NCBI GenBank assembly: GCA_965603595.1
Contig: CBFDDP010000001.1
Location: forward strand, 17,751-81,750
DNA from: an uncultured bacterium
GTDB taxonomy: Bacteria > Spirochaetota > B62-G9 > DRHN01
Length of the DNA: 64,000 nt
Direction: 5' to 3'
Numbering within the stretch: position 1 is the first letter of the stretch; every line of letters starts with the position of its first letter. Shown here one piece after another: positions 20,392 through 30,350 of the stretch. Below the pieces are notes generated by a model, which saw only the letters and a program-made list of their open reading frames with translations, was not told the origin of the DNA and did no database searches. Both the position numbers and the translations under genes were made by a program.

Positions 20392-21237
20392 TTAAATCCT
20401 GCCAACTTCATTGATTGCCCTTCCGAGCGCTCCGTCATGGGCCTGAATCATCCGCTGATTTGCCTCATAGTTACGATGCACCTCGATAAGGTTCACCATC
20501 TCAGTTACAGGGTTTACATTTGATGCTTCCAGAAAGCCCTGAAAGACCTTGGGCCGTTCCTCTTCAATCACGAAGGCGGGCTCTGAATATTCAGTTTCCT
20601 GGTAGAGGCTGTCACCGACTTTCTTGATATGCCGCACTTTGGGGAAATTAACGATCTTCAGCCTGTCCACAAGTACTGTGTCATTCCACTCGTTCTCCTC
20701 CATGCTGACGAGTCTCTGTGGATCGTCCGTGTACTCATCATTGACAAAAACGTTCCCGTCTTCATCAACCAGAAAGTTGTTTTTCTTTATCTGAATCGTT
20801 CCATTCTCACCGAGAACCTTGTGGCCATCCTTGGTGACCAGATAACCGTCACTGTCAATAAGAAAGCTCCCGTTTCTCGTATACCGCTCACCTTCCACAG
20901 TCATAACGCTGAAAAACCCATCCCCATCAAGGGCCAGATCGAAATCATTTTCCGTCTGTTTCAAAGATCCCTGTATGAACCGCGTGTACACCTCATTGAC
21001 CTCGACACCTGTGCCCATTTTGCCAACCACAGGCATGAGATCGTATGACCCGATGGGAATGACCCTGACCCCGTCATCATTGATGCGCCTGATGAGCATT
21101 TCCGGAAACGCCTTCATAAGAGTGGAATCCCTCTTGAAGGAAGGAGTGTTCACATTCGCAAGATTGTTGGAAAGCACATCGATTCGCCGCATCTGGGCAA
21201 TCATCGCCGATGCACCTGTGTACAGTCCCCTGACCAT
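20392..21237 (-). CDS. flgF: flagellar basal-body rod protein FlgF (or second FlgG-type rod paralogue)
   Basis: MVRGLYTGASAMIAQMRRIDVLSNNLANVNTPSFKRD N-terminal rod/hook signature. C-terminal NVNPVTEMVNLIEVHRNYEAN. Confidence 0.8.
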   Translation of the reverse strand: MVRGLYTGASAMIAQMRRIDVLSNNLANVNTPSFKRDSTLMKAFPEMLIRRINDDGVRVIPIGSYDLMPVVGKMGTGVEVNEVYTRFIQGSLKQTENDFDLALDGDGFFSVMTVEGERYTRNGSFLIDSDGYLVTKDGHKVLGENGTIQIKKNNFLVDEDGNVFVNDEYTDDPQRLVSMEENEWNDTVLVDRLKIVNFPKVRHIKKVGDSLYQETEYSEPAFVIEEERPKVFQGFLEASNVNPVTEMVNLIEVHRNYEANQRMIQAHDGALGRAINEVGRI

Positions 21238-21395
21238 TGCACGATCTTCCTTAGCTTAATAAATACACCGCTCACCATTCATGACCGGTTCATCTACTGT
21301 ATCGACCAGTTAGAAAAATCTATTACCCCAACTTTTTATTGTCCCCCCAAAATGCGTATACTATATTTAAGGCAAAAAAATGATCCGGAGGGGAA

Positions 21396-21722
21396 ATGGC
21401 GGAGATATTGAACACAACGGATGCCGAGTTTTCAGATACGGTCAGTGAATCGGATAAGCTGGTAGTCGTCGATATGTGGGCCGAGTGGTGCGGCCCCTGC
21501 AAGATGATGGAACCTGTTCTCGAGGAGATTGCAGAAGAATACAGTGACAAACTCAAGGTTGTGAAGCTCAATATTGATCAGAATCAGGATACCCCACTCA
21601 AATTCGGTGTAATGAATATACCTACACTCATATTCTTCCAGAATGGAAAGGAAATCGATCGGGTTATAGGCGCATTCCCCAAAAAGCAGCTCTTAAACAG
21701 AATTAAACCTCACCTCACCTAG
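21396..21722 (+). CDS. trxA: thioredoxin
   Basis: 108 aa with WCGPC active site (WAEWCGPCKMM). Confidence 0.92.
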   Translation: MAEILNTTDAEFSDTVSESDKLVVVDMWAEWCGPCKMMEPVLEEIAEEYSDKLKVVKLNIDQNQDTPLKFGVMNIPTLIFFQNGKEIDRVIGAFPKKQLLNRIKPHLT

Positions 21723-21838
21723 CCCTGCATGTGCTGTAGATGGGATATGAAGACAGGGTCACATGGGTCTACTACCTCATACCAACGTGGGCCCGACTAA
21801 CCCTTGCATTACAGACAGTAACCTTGTATCTTCATAGT

Positions 21839-24800
21839 ATGTTTGCCCTCGGACTCGACGTCGGTTCCACAACAGTAAAAGCGGTGCTGTTGGATGATGA
21901 AAATATGATTCGTTGGCAGCGGTACGAGCGGCACCGAACGAGGCAACTCGACAAGGTCATGGATTTTTTCGCTCTAATCCGTGAAAACCTTGGAGACCCG
22001 GACTTACATGTATTCACAACCGGGTCCGGTGGAAAACAGGTGGCCAGGCTCATGGGTGTCCGTCACTACCAGGAAGTAAATGCCCTCGGTACCGCTGTCG
22101 AGCACCTGCACCAAAACATTGCGTCTGTATTTGAGCTGGGCGGTCAGGACTCCAAGTATATCACGTGGCGAGGAAGTAACGGCAGGTTCGTCGCCATGAA
22201 CGACCGCTGTGCAGGAGGAACGGGTGCAACGATCGACCGAATACTCCTGAAACTTTGCATCACCCAAAGGAGTCTTCTCGACATAGCATATGATCCGCAG
22301 ATGCTATACCCCGTTGCCGGTAAATGCGGTGTCTTCGCAGAAACAGACCTCAACAGCCTCCAGAAGCAGGGAGTAGCGACCGAAGCTTTACTGCTCTCTC
22401 TCTTCCAAGCTATTGTCGAGCAGAACCTCACCGTCCTTGCACGGGGGCATATGCCTGTACCACCCCTGCTGCTCCTGGGCGGTCCCAATGTCTTTTTTCC
22501 CGCACTGCGGGGAACATGGCAGGCCCGTCTTGAATCCCTCTGGCAAGAGCGGGATATAGCGTTCGATAGAGACGCAGTACGCGTCCCTCACAATGCCCTG
22601 TATTACGGTGCCCTGGGTACAGCGCTTCTTGGCGCATCCATAGAATCCGGGGAACCAGCAATAGGATGCAGTACCTTCATGGATCGAATCGCAGAAAGCA
22701 GAGAAAAGGGAAATCCTGAAGGAACGCTAAAATCCGGCGGCCCGCCTCTGTTGCACACAGAAGAGGAGAGAAGGCATTTCTCAGGAACATACATGAGCAG
22801 GCCCCATAGCGGCACATACCCTCCTGCCGGGAAGGAGCTGCACGTCTACATGGGAATTGACGGTGGTTCCACTTCCACAAAGGGCGTCATTCTCGACACG
22901 CGTGAGAACGTGATGGAGACGGCATACCTGATATCGCAGGGCAATCCGGTCGACGATACTCGGTCCATACTTAAAGAGCTGCACGAAAAGGTCCGGCAGC
23001 GGGGCGTGAAACTCAATGTACGAGGTATCGGTTTTACCGGTTATGCCAAGGACCTCCTGAGCGCCGTTTTTGGCGGTGATACTGCCGTGGTGGAAACCGT
23101 AGCCCACACGCTGGGAGCACTCAAATACTACCCGGGGTGCGACGTTGTCTGTGATGTAGGCGGGCAGGATATTAAGATCATACTTCTTAAAAACGGTGCA
23201 ATCAGAGACTTCAGGCTCAACACCCAGTGTTCGGCGGGAAACGGATACTATCTGCAGTCAACGGCCGAACGGTTCGGGTACACAGTCGACGAGTATGCTG
23301 AGGCGGCCTTCACAGCCGGTACCATACCTGAGTTCAATTTCGGGTGTGCCGTGTTTCTCGAGGCTGATATCGTGAACTTCCAGCAGCTTGGCTGGAAGCC
23401 CGAAGAAATCATGGCGGGCCTTGCACAGGTGCTCCCCCTCAACGTGTGGCTGTATGTGGTGCGGGAACCCAATCTGAGCAGATTGGGAAGGCATTTCGTG
23501 CTCCAGGGCGGCACGCACAACAACCTCGCTGTCGTTAAAGCGCAGCAGGACTTTATCAAATCAAGGGTGCGAGACGCACAGATACACCTACATCCCTACA
23601 AGGAAGCTGCCGGTGCCATTGGCGCTGCAATTGAAGCGAGAAGGACCCTCTCATCAAAAATCTATACCGAATCGGGGAAGATGACCTCTCATATACCCGC
23701 ATCCAGCTTTATTGGTTTCGATTCCATCGACCTCGTTCAATACAGTGTCGAGAAGAACGAAGATACCAGGTGCACACGCTGCGGGAATCGATGTATGAGA
23801 ACCTTCATATCCGTTAGTGCGGGTGATTACAGAAACAGCCATATCATTGCAAACTGCGAGCGGGGAGCAGAGACTGATGAGAATAGAAAGTCTGCAGCGG
23901 GAAGCCCCAGCTCTCGTGAGGATGCACCTCATTTTGTGCATCTCTCGAACAGGATGATGTTCGCTACCCGTCCAGACAGGACACCGGCAGAGAGATCTTC
24001 ATCTTCATATCACATCAGGCGAAACAAACTGCTCGAGAAAGCCGTCATTGGCATACCGCGTGTGCTTGGCATATATTCCACAGGCCTCTTCTTCAGAAGT
24101 TACTTTGAAGCCCTTGGGGCGGGAAAAATTCTGTTTTCCGGGTATACGACACCAGAACTGTACAGGAAAACTGCAGGGAGGGGTTCAATTGACCCCTGCT
24201 TCCCTTCAAAGATCGCCATTGCCCATGTATATGACCTTATGAGCAGGGATGCTGTTACCCATATTTTCTTTCCCTGTATCCGCATGACAAGGGGCGAAAT
24301 ATATGGGGCACCCTATCACTGGGCCTGTACGGCACTCGCCGCGACACCGGAATCGGTCAAGGCAGCATTCACCCTGAATGGAAACGAGTTTCATGATCGA
24401 GGCATTCACTATGTCGACCCTGTCTGTGATATGGCCGAATGGGATGTATTCGAACGGCAGCTATACAGTTCGCTGCACCCCCTCTTCCGCATATCGAAGG
24501 GTGAGAACCGCAGGGCCATGGACACTGCCTTGCGCCTATGGGAAAGCTCTCTCGCAAACCTGCAGGCAAGGGCCGAGCGCGTTATTCTCGACCTCGAACA
24601 GAAATCCGGGATCGGGATCGTACTTCTCGGAAGACCCTATCACAATGACCCCGGAGTTAACCACGGTATCCTTGATGCCCTGAACAGTCATGGCTATCCC
24701 CTGTTCACCATCGAGAGCCTTCCGAGGTCCGGGCAGCTGGTAGAACGGATTTTTGAGCAGGAGTCTGAAAGGGGACATCCCATGGATATCCGTGACCTGT

Positions 24801-25114
24801 GGATGAAGTGCTACAGCGAGAACACCTCTCTGAAGATATGGGCGGCCAAATTCGTGTCACGCCACCCCAATCTCATTGCCCTTGATCTCTCTTCATTCCG
24901 CTGCGGACACGACGCCCCGCTCTACTCACTACTCGACGACCTGTTCAGCCAGTCGGCCTCACCGTATTTTACCTTTCATGAGATCGACGAAAACAGACCG
25001 GAGAGCTCTATCAGACTGCGTGTGGAAAGCATTCACTACTTTCTGCAGCGCTATCGGGAAGAGCTGTCGCAGAGAGCGGAGGGTTCATGGCAACGGTCAT
25101 TGTCAGTGGTTTGA
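21839..25114 (+). CDS. CoA-substrate-specific enzyme activase-type protein: two BadF/BadG/BcrA/BcrD (ASKHA) ATPase modules plus a conserved C-terminal domain. Likely start MFALGLDVGST at 21839; ORF-track start is 21740.
   Basis: Two DxGST ATPase phosphate-1 motifs (LGLDVGSTTVKAV and MGIDGGSTSTKGV). Each is followed by a GGQD box (ELGGQDSKYI; DVGGQDIKII). C-terminal 400 aa conserved in the activase-of-unknown-substrate family. Confidence 0.75.
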   Translation: MFALGLDVGSTTVKAVLLDDENMIRWQRYERHRTRQLDKVMDFFALIRENLGDPDLHVFTTGSGGKQVARLMGVRHYQEVNALGTAVEHLHQNIASVFELGGQDSKYITWRGSNGRFVAMNDRCAGGTGATIDRILLKLCITQRSLLDIAYDPQMLYPVAGKCGVFAETDLNSLQKQGVATEALLLSLFQAIVEQNLTVLARGHMPVPPLLLLGGPNVFFPALRGTWQARLESLWQERDIAFDRDAVRVPHNALYYGALGTALLGASIESGEPAIGCSTFMDRIAESREKGNPEGTLKSGGPPLLHTEEERRHFSGTYMSRPHSGTYPPAGKELHVYMGIDGGSTSTKGVILDTRENVMETAYLISQGNPVDDTRSILKELHEKVRQRGVKLNVRGIGFTGYAKDLLSAVFGGDTAVVETVAHTLGALKYYPGCDVVCDVGGQDIKIILLKNGAIRDFRLNTQCSAGNGYYLQSTAERFGYTVDEYAEAAFTAGTIPEFNFGCAVFLEADIVNFQQLGWKPEEIMAGLAQVLPLNVWLYVVREPNLSRLGRHFVLQGGTHNNLAVVKAQQDFIKSRVRDAQIHLHPYKEAAGAIGAAIEARRTLSSKIYTESGKMTSHIPASSFIGFDSIDLVQYSVEKNEDTRCTRCGNRCMRTFISVSAGDYRNSHIIANCERGAETDENRKSAAGSPSSREDAPHFVHLSNRMMFATRPDRTPAERSSSSYHIRRNKLLEKAVIGIPRVLGIYSTGLFFRSYFEALGAGKILFSGYTTPELYRKTAGRGSIDPCFPSKIAIAHVYDLMSRDAVTHIFFPCIRMTRGEIYGAPYHWACTALAATPESVKAAFTLNGNEFHDRGIHYVDPVCDMAEWDVFERQLYSSLHPLFRISKGENRRAMDTALRLWESSLANLQARAERVILDLEQKSGIGIVLLGRPYHNDPGVNHGILDALNSHGYPLFTIESLPRSGQLVERIFEQESERGHPMDIRDLWMKCYSENTSLKIWAAKFVSRHPNLIALDLSSFRCGHDAPLYSLLDDLFSQSASPYFTFHEIDENRPESSIRLRVESIHYFLQRYREELSQRAEGSWQRSLSVV

Positions 25115-26466
25115 CCAGAGCCCACGAAACCCTTTTAGAGGGCCTGTTCAGGTTTCTCGGCCAGGACGTTGTTCGTCTCCCCGAGCCTGACGGTGAAGCA
25201 CTCAAGATAGGCAGGATATACTGCAACAGGGGACAGTGCAACCCTGTGTACTACACTGCCGGCAATCTCATCCGATTCCTCCAGTGTCTCAGGACTTCCG
25301 GGGAGAAGGATATAGAGAAGAAATATTACTACCTGACAGCCGGAGCCTGTGGCCCCTGCAGATTCGGCATGTATGAGATTGAATACCGCAAGGCTCTCCA
25401 CGATGCCGGGTTTCCAGGGTTTAAAGTTGTGGGTGTACAGCAGAATGCGGCCCTGGTACAGGACCTGCACAATCTGGGATTCCGCTTCGAAAAGAGGCAT
25501 TTGAGCCGGTTCATCAACGCCATCATTCTCGCAGACCTGCTGAACAACCTCTACTATAAAATTAAACCCTATGAAGTCATACCTGAAAGTGTCGACCGAT
25601 GGCGAAACAGCACACTCGACCTGCTATACGCTGTATTCAGATACAACAGATCCATCACCCCATCACTGAAACAGATCCGAGATACATTCAACAGCCTCGA
25701 GCTCGATTATTTGAGACCGAAACCGAAGGTCAAGATAATCGGAGAAATTTTTTCACACCTCCATGAAGGCGACGCGAGCTACGGCCTACCCTCATGGCTC
25801 GTCGAGGAGGGCGCAGAGCCTGTGGTTGAGCCCCTCAGCAACTGGCTTGAGTACCTCTTCTGGGAAAAGATACAGTTTACCCGGGACCGGGCATTTCGAG
25901 GTAGGCTTAAAGCCCTAAGGAAGATACTTCCTGCCTGGCTGCTTAAGACAAGTATACGTCTGCATTTCGCCTATTTCAGATTCATTCTGAAAAACAGACC
26001 CGATAAACTCGCCCGTCAGCGACAGCTTGCACGATACGCTGCCCCATACTACCATGTCAGGCTTATAGGCGGCGAAGGGCACATGGAGGCAGGAAAGCAT
26101 ATATATGCGGTACGCAAACATCAGGCACACATGGTAATATCCATCAAGCCCTTCAGCTGTATGCCCTCGACGCAGAGTGATGGTGTGCAAACGAAAATTG
26201 CCGAGGACATGAAGGGAAGCCTCTTCGTTTCGGTGGACACCACAGGAGATGCGGAGGTGAATGTGAAGAGCCGCATCCTCATGAAGCTTCAGGTCGCACA
26301 GAAGAGAGCTGAATCCGAGTTCAGAGAAGTCCTGGAGAGGAAAAAACTGACCGAAGCGAGACTGAAGGTGTTGAGGGAGAGGACCCGTCTGCAGTCATTA
26401 CCCATGCGTAAACATCGGCGCAGATACATCGCTACAGCCACACGAGTTCTTACCACACTGGTCTGA
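25087..26466 (+). CDS. 2-hydroxyacyl-CoA dehydratase (HgdB/D-component)-like partner of the activase
   Basis: 459 aa. Cys motif AGACGPCRFG. Overlaps the end of the activase gene, consistent with translational coupling. Confidence 0.6.
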   Translation: MATVIVSGLTRAHETLLEGLFRFLGQDVVRLPEPDGEALKIGRIYCNRGQCNPVYYTAGNLIRFLQCLRTSGEKDIEKKYYYLTAGACGPCRFGMYEIEYRKALHDAGFPGFKVVGVQQNAALVQDLHNLGFRFEKRHLSRFINAIILADLLNNLYYKIKPYEVIPESVDRWRNSTLDLLYAVFRYNRSITPSLKQIRDTFNSLELDYLRPKPKVKIIGEIFSHLHEGDASYGLPSWLVEEGAEPVVEPLSNWLEYLFWEKIQFTRDRAFRGRLKALRKILPAWLLKTSIRLHFAYFRFILKNRPDKLARQRQLARYAAPYYHVRLIGGEGHMEAGKHIYAVRKHQAHMVISIKPFSCMPSTQSDGVQTKIAEDMKGSLFVSVDTTGDAEVNVKSRILMKLQVAQKRAESEFREVLERKKLTEARLKVLRERTRLQSLPMRKHRRRYIATATRVLTTLV

Positions 26467-26488
26467 AATGTGATCCGCGCTATAGTTT

Positions 26489-28078
26489 TCATTGGAAAGA
26501 TCTGTACATGGCGCCCTCAAGCTGAAATTCACCATGCTTCATATCTTTCTTCCTTATGGTCGCACCATCGCGCATCATGTGATGCAGCGTCATAAACTCA
26601 CGATCCCGTCCTATACCACACACTGCGCAAAGCCTGCTGCCTCGATAATAGGTTGCGGTGAATTCACCCTTTTCCACATCACCCCTGTACACCACCTTTT
26701 TCACCTTCGGGACATACCCGGCGAATCGTATCAACGTATCATACTGTGTGGTCCAGAAAAAAGGAATTTCGTGGTACGGCTCCATCGAGCCCATCATACA
26801 GCGTGCCGCATGCCGCCCCTGCTGCATGGCCTCAGTCCAGTGCTCGACGCGTCTCCTACCCCCTGTTACAAGATCCTGAACCTGTGCAATGTCGCCTGCC
26901 GCATAGATCCCCTCTGCACTGGTGCACATCTGCTCATTGACCGGGATTGCCCCATTGTCGACAATGCCCGCGTCCTCTAGAAAGTGGACCGCAGGCACGA
27001 TCCCTATGCCGGCAACCACCATGTCCACCTCCAGGGTGCTCTCATCTGAAAGCTCGGCACCCTGCACCCTGCCTTCTCCTCTTAAAGCGGTCACCGACCT
27101 TCCTAGATGAAAGTGTACCCCCCTCTCCTCATGGAGTTTCCGTATCCGCTCCCCGATCCTCTTACCAAACACATCTGCCATCGGAACCTTTTCAGGCGCA
27201 ACAATATATACCTCGATACCCTGCTCCCGTAGGACCACAGCTGTCTCGAGACCGATGAATCCGGCGCCGATGATGAGGGCGCTTTCGACACTCTTTACTG
27301 ATGCAGCGATGGTATCTGCATCTCTGAGGCTGCGAAGGAGGAAGAAATTCTTTAAATCAGTACCGGGTATGACCGGTGTGCGCGGTATTCCCCCCGTGGC
27401 TATGAGCAGTTTATCGTACAGGAGATAATCTCCATCCATAAAGACAATCTGCCGCTCTTCGGGATCTACCTGAGCCACCTGCCGTCCCATCAGCAGTTCA
27501 ATCCTCGTCTGCCTGAAATACTCCTCAAAGGGCAGAAATATGCTGTTTCGGTCAGACTCGCCTGAGAGATAGTCTTTCGACAGCCGGGGCCTGTCATAGG
27601 GCATGTACATTTCTGCGGTGACAATGATCAGACGGCCGTCAAAGCCCTCGCGCCGAAGGGTGACAGCTGCGGCCAATCCTGCAGCACCATTTCCGATGAT
27701 AAGATAAGTACCGCTTTCCCTCCGAAGATGCACTGAGACATCTTCGCGTTTCTTTCTCTTGAGAAGCAGCATACCGTCCTTTGTCTTAGTGTCAAACTGA
27801 AGCAAGTCATGCAGCGCCGGGGGAGATTTACAGGAAGCCGCCCTAAGGTCAAACTGGGAACCATGCCACGGACAGGTCAGTACATGATCAAGAAGCATTC
27901 CCTCCTCGAGAGCCCCACTGTGATGGGTGCATTCCGCCAGCACTGCCGTAACTGCGTCTCCCGAACGATACACAAGCACCCTGTCCTGACCATACACGAA
28001 AAGTCGGGATATTCCCTCTTCGATCTCGGTAAGGGGTGCAATCTCTACCCACTTATTTGCAGGGATCTTTTTCGGCAT
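26489..28078 (-). CDS. FAD/NAD(P)-dependent pyridine nucleotide-disulfide family oxidoreductase with N-terminal Rieske [2Fe-2S] domain
   Basis: Rieske boxes CTHHSGAL ... CPWHGSQF in the first 100 aa. Then GxGxxG Rossmann motifs (LIIGNGAAGLAAA; ALIIGAGFIGLE). Confidence 0.8.
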   Translation of the reverse strand: MPKKIPANKWVEIAPLTEIEEGISRLFVYGQDRVLVYRSGDAVTAVLAECTHHSGALEEGMLLDHVLTCPWHGSQFDLRAASCKSPPALHDLLQFDTKTKDGMLLLKRKKREDVSVHLRRESGTYLIIGNGAAGLAAAVTLRREGFDGRLIIVTAEMYMPYDRPRLSKDYLSGESDRNSIFLPFEEYFRQTRIELLMGRQVAQVDPEERQIVFMDGDYLLYDKLLIATGGIPRTPVIPGTDLKNFFLLRSLRDADTIAASVKSVESALIIGAGFIGLETAVVLREQGIEVYIVAPEKVPMADVFGKRIGERIRKLHEERGVHFHLGRSVTALRGEGRVQGAELSDESTLEVDMVVAGIGIVPAVHFLEDAGIVDNGAIPVNEQMCTSAEGIYAAGDIAQVQDLVTGGRRRVEHWTEAMQQGRHAARCMMGSMEPYHEIPFFWTTQYDTLIRFAGYVPKVKKVVYRGDVEKGEFTATYYRGSRLCAVCGIGRDREFMTLHHMMRDGATIRKKDMKHGEFQLEGAMYRSFQ

Positions 28079-28123
28079 TTCACTCCCCTCCCAGGTTTTC
28101 AGCTCAAGTGGGAGATAGGCAAT

Positions 28124-29785
28124 TCAAACCTCAATGATAAAGGGTACTATAACCGGTGAACGGGAAACCTCTTTCCTGAAGAAACGCTTCAGCGCATTGA
28201 TCACCGCCGATTTCAGTTGATCCTGCTGCAGGTTACCTCTCTTCAGGTGCTGCCGTACCTCAGAAAAAACTATATCCTTTGCACTCTCCAGAACACTCTC
28301 CGCATCCTGCAGGCATATGAAACCCCTGGAGTAGATTTCAGGATGCATCACCCCATGATTGTTCATGGAAAGCGGAATGACGATGATGACGACACCTTCC
28401 TCTGCAAGGCGATGCCGGTCCCTAATCACCGCACTCCCGATATCACCGGTGTTCTTACCATCAGTGTATACGCTCCCCGTCTCCACCACACCCGTTGCAC
28501 GCACACCATCCTCATCCACGATAATCACATCACCGTTCTGAGCAATCAGTATGTTCTTTTCCTCGATGCCCATCTCCTTCGCCAGGTCTGCATGATGGAT
28601 CAAATGTTTGAACTCTCCATGAATGGGGATGAAGTAGCGCGGCTTGAGAATTGCCATGAGGAGTTTCAGCTCCTCCCGTGATGCATGCCCCGAGACATGC
28701 AGGTCCGCGAAGCCCTCGTAAAAGACATGTGCCCCCTTTCTGAAGAGGCTGTTCACCACCCGGGACACTGTTCTTTCATTTCCAGGGATAATCGATGCGG
28801 ATAGAATAACCGTATCTCCCTTCTCGATGGTGAGCTGCTTGTGCCTGCTGCCGGCGATACGCGACAGGCCGGACATGGGTTCGCCCTGGGAACCCGTTGT
28901 GAGGAGCAGCACACTGTTCCGTTTGTAGTTGTTTATCTTCTCCGGCGCCACAACGAGACCCTCATCGAACTCAAGATACCCCAGGTCCCTGGCCATGGTT
29001 ACATTCTTCTCCATGCTCCTACCCAGGATGGAAACACGCTTCCCCGCTTTTCTGCACACATCAAATATCTGCTGTATCCGGTGAATATTCGAGGCGAAGG
29101 TAGCGATGATGATCCTGCCGGTTGCACTGGTGATCGTGTCGAAGAAGCTGTTGTTCAGCTCACGCTCCGAGGGTGTGTAGCCCTTGTGCTCAGCGTTGGT
29201 GGAGTCGGAGAGTAGCAGAAGTACCCCTTTCTCACCAAACTCGGCGATCTTAAAAAAATCGAAGTGATGATCGTAGATGGGAGTGAAGTCGAACTTAAAA
29301 TCACCCGAATGCACTATAATACCGAAGGGAGTATGAAAAGCCACACCCACACCGTCTGCCACTGAGTGACAGACACGGAAGAACTCTGCAGTAATGGCAC
29401 CGAACCTCACACTCTCGCGCGGTTCGATCTCGATGAATTCGGGTTCATAACCCAGCGAGTATTCCTCGAGCCTGTTGCGTGCGAATCCAATGGTGAGTCT
29501 TGTTCCGTAGATGGGAACCCGAAGATCTTGGAGCAGATAGGGAAGAGCACCGATATGGTCTTCATGACCGTGGGTCAGAATAATTGCCTCGATCCTGTCA
29601 CGGTTTTGCTGCACATAGGTCAGGTCAGGGATGATGAAGTCTATACCCGGCAGGTCCCCATTGGGGAACATCATACCCGCATCAATGATGAGTATGGAAT
29701 CCTCATGTTCCACGAGCATCATGTTCTTACCGATTTCACCAAGGCCGCCAATCGGTATGATCCGAATGCCCCTACTATCCGACAT
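28124..29785 (-). CDS. rnj: ribonuclease J (metallo-beta-lactamase/beta-CASP)
   Basis: IIPIGGLGEIGKNM start and HGHEDHIGALPYL motif. ~555 aa, typical RNase J length. Confidence 0.85.
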   Translation of the reverse strand: MSDSRGIRIIPIGGLGEIGKNMMLVEHEDSILIIDAGMMFPNGDLPGIDFIIPDLTYVQQNRDRIEAIILTHGHEDHIGALPYLLQDLRVPIYGTRLTIGFARNRLEEYSLGYEPEFIEIEPRESVRFGAITAEFFRVCHSVADGVGVAFHTPFGIIVHSGDFKFDFTPIYDHHFDFFKIAEFGEKGVLLLLSDSTNAEHKGYTPSERELNNSFFDTITSATGRIIIATFASNIHRIQQIFDVCRKAGKRVSILGRSMEKNVTMARDLGYLEFDEGLVVAPEKINNYKRNSVLLLTTGSQGEPMSGLSRIAGSRHKQLTIEKGDTVILSASIIPGNERTVSRVVNSLFRKGAHVFYEGFADLHVSGHASREELKLLMAILKPRYFIPIHGEFKHLIHHADLAKEMGIEEKNILIAQNGDVIIVDEDGVRATGVVETGSVYTDGKNTGDIGSAVIRDRHRLAEEGVVIIVIPLSMNNHGVMHPEIYSRGFICLQDAESVLESAKDIVFSEVRQHLKRGNLQQDQLKSAVINALKRFFRKEVSRSPVIVPFIIEV

Positions 29786-29787
29786 AT

Positions 29788-30243
29788 CTATACCCCTGTG
29801 TGCCCAAAACCACCACTGTCCCTTTCCGTCTTTTCCAGCTCTTCAATACTCACCGCTTCCTCGATACGAGTACTGTCGACACGGGCGATGACCATCTGAG
29901 CAATCCTCATGCCGTTTGTAACGGTAAAGTTCTCTTTTCCGTGGTTTATGAGTATTATGCCGACCTCACCCCGATAGTCTGTATCTATGGTACCGGGAGC
30001 ATTGAGCACGGTCACCCCGTGCTTGGAGGCGAGTCCGCTGCGCGGCCTTATCTGTGCTTCGTATCCCCTGGGTATGGAAACGATGATTCCAGTCGAAATA
30101 CTGGTAAACTCACCCGGTTCCATCTCAACCGGACTTTCGAGGGAGGCCATGAGGTCGATACCGCTTGCGTCTTCAGTCATATAACGCGGAAGAGGGTTCT
30201 TCTTGCTGATACGATAAATCTTGAGTACCATGGACAGGATCAA
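29788..30243 (-). CDS. dut: dUTP diphosphatase
   Basis: 151 aa with dUTPase motifs (RSGLASKHGV; GTIDTDYRGEVGIILINHG). Confidence 0.9.
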   Translation of the reverse strand: MILSMVLKIYRISKKNPLPRYMTEDASGIDLMASLESPVEMEPGEFTSISTGIIVSIPRGYEAQIRPRSGLASKHGVTVLNAPGTIDTDYRGEVGIILINHGKENFTVTNGMRIAQMVIARVDSTRIEEAVSIEELEKTERDSGGFGHTGV

Positions 30244-30350
30244 TATTTCAGTTTCAGCTATTTTATGGAATATCTAGAACTTTGCAACCTTTTTTTACAC
30301 TCGTGCCAAAGTATGCCCATAGTCACATGTGCAGCCCTTCTTACCTTTTG

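Noticed and set aside
21238-21395. Possible sigma-28 (FliA) promoter upstream of flgF
   Set aside because: TAAA...CGATA-like elements are present, but the spacing (about 28 nt) does not fit TAAA-N15-GCCGATAA. Not supportable.
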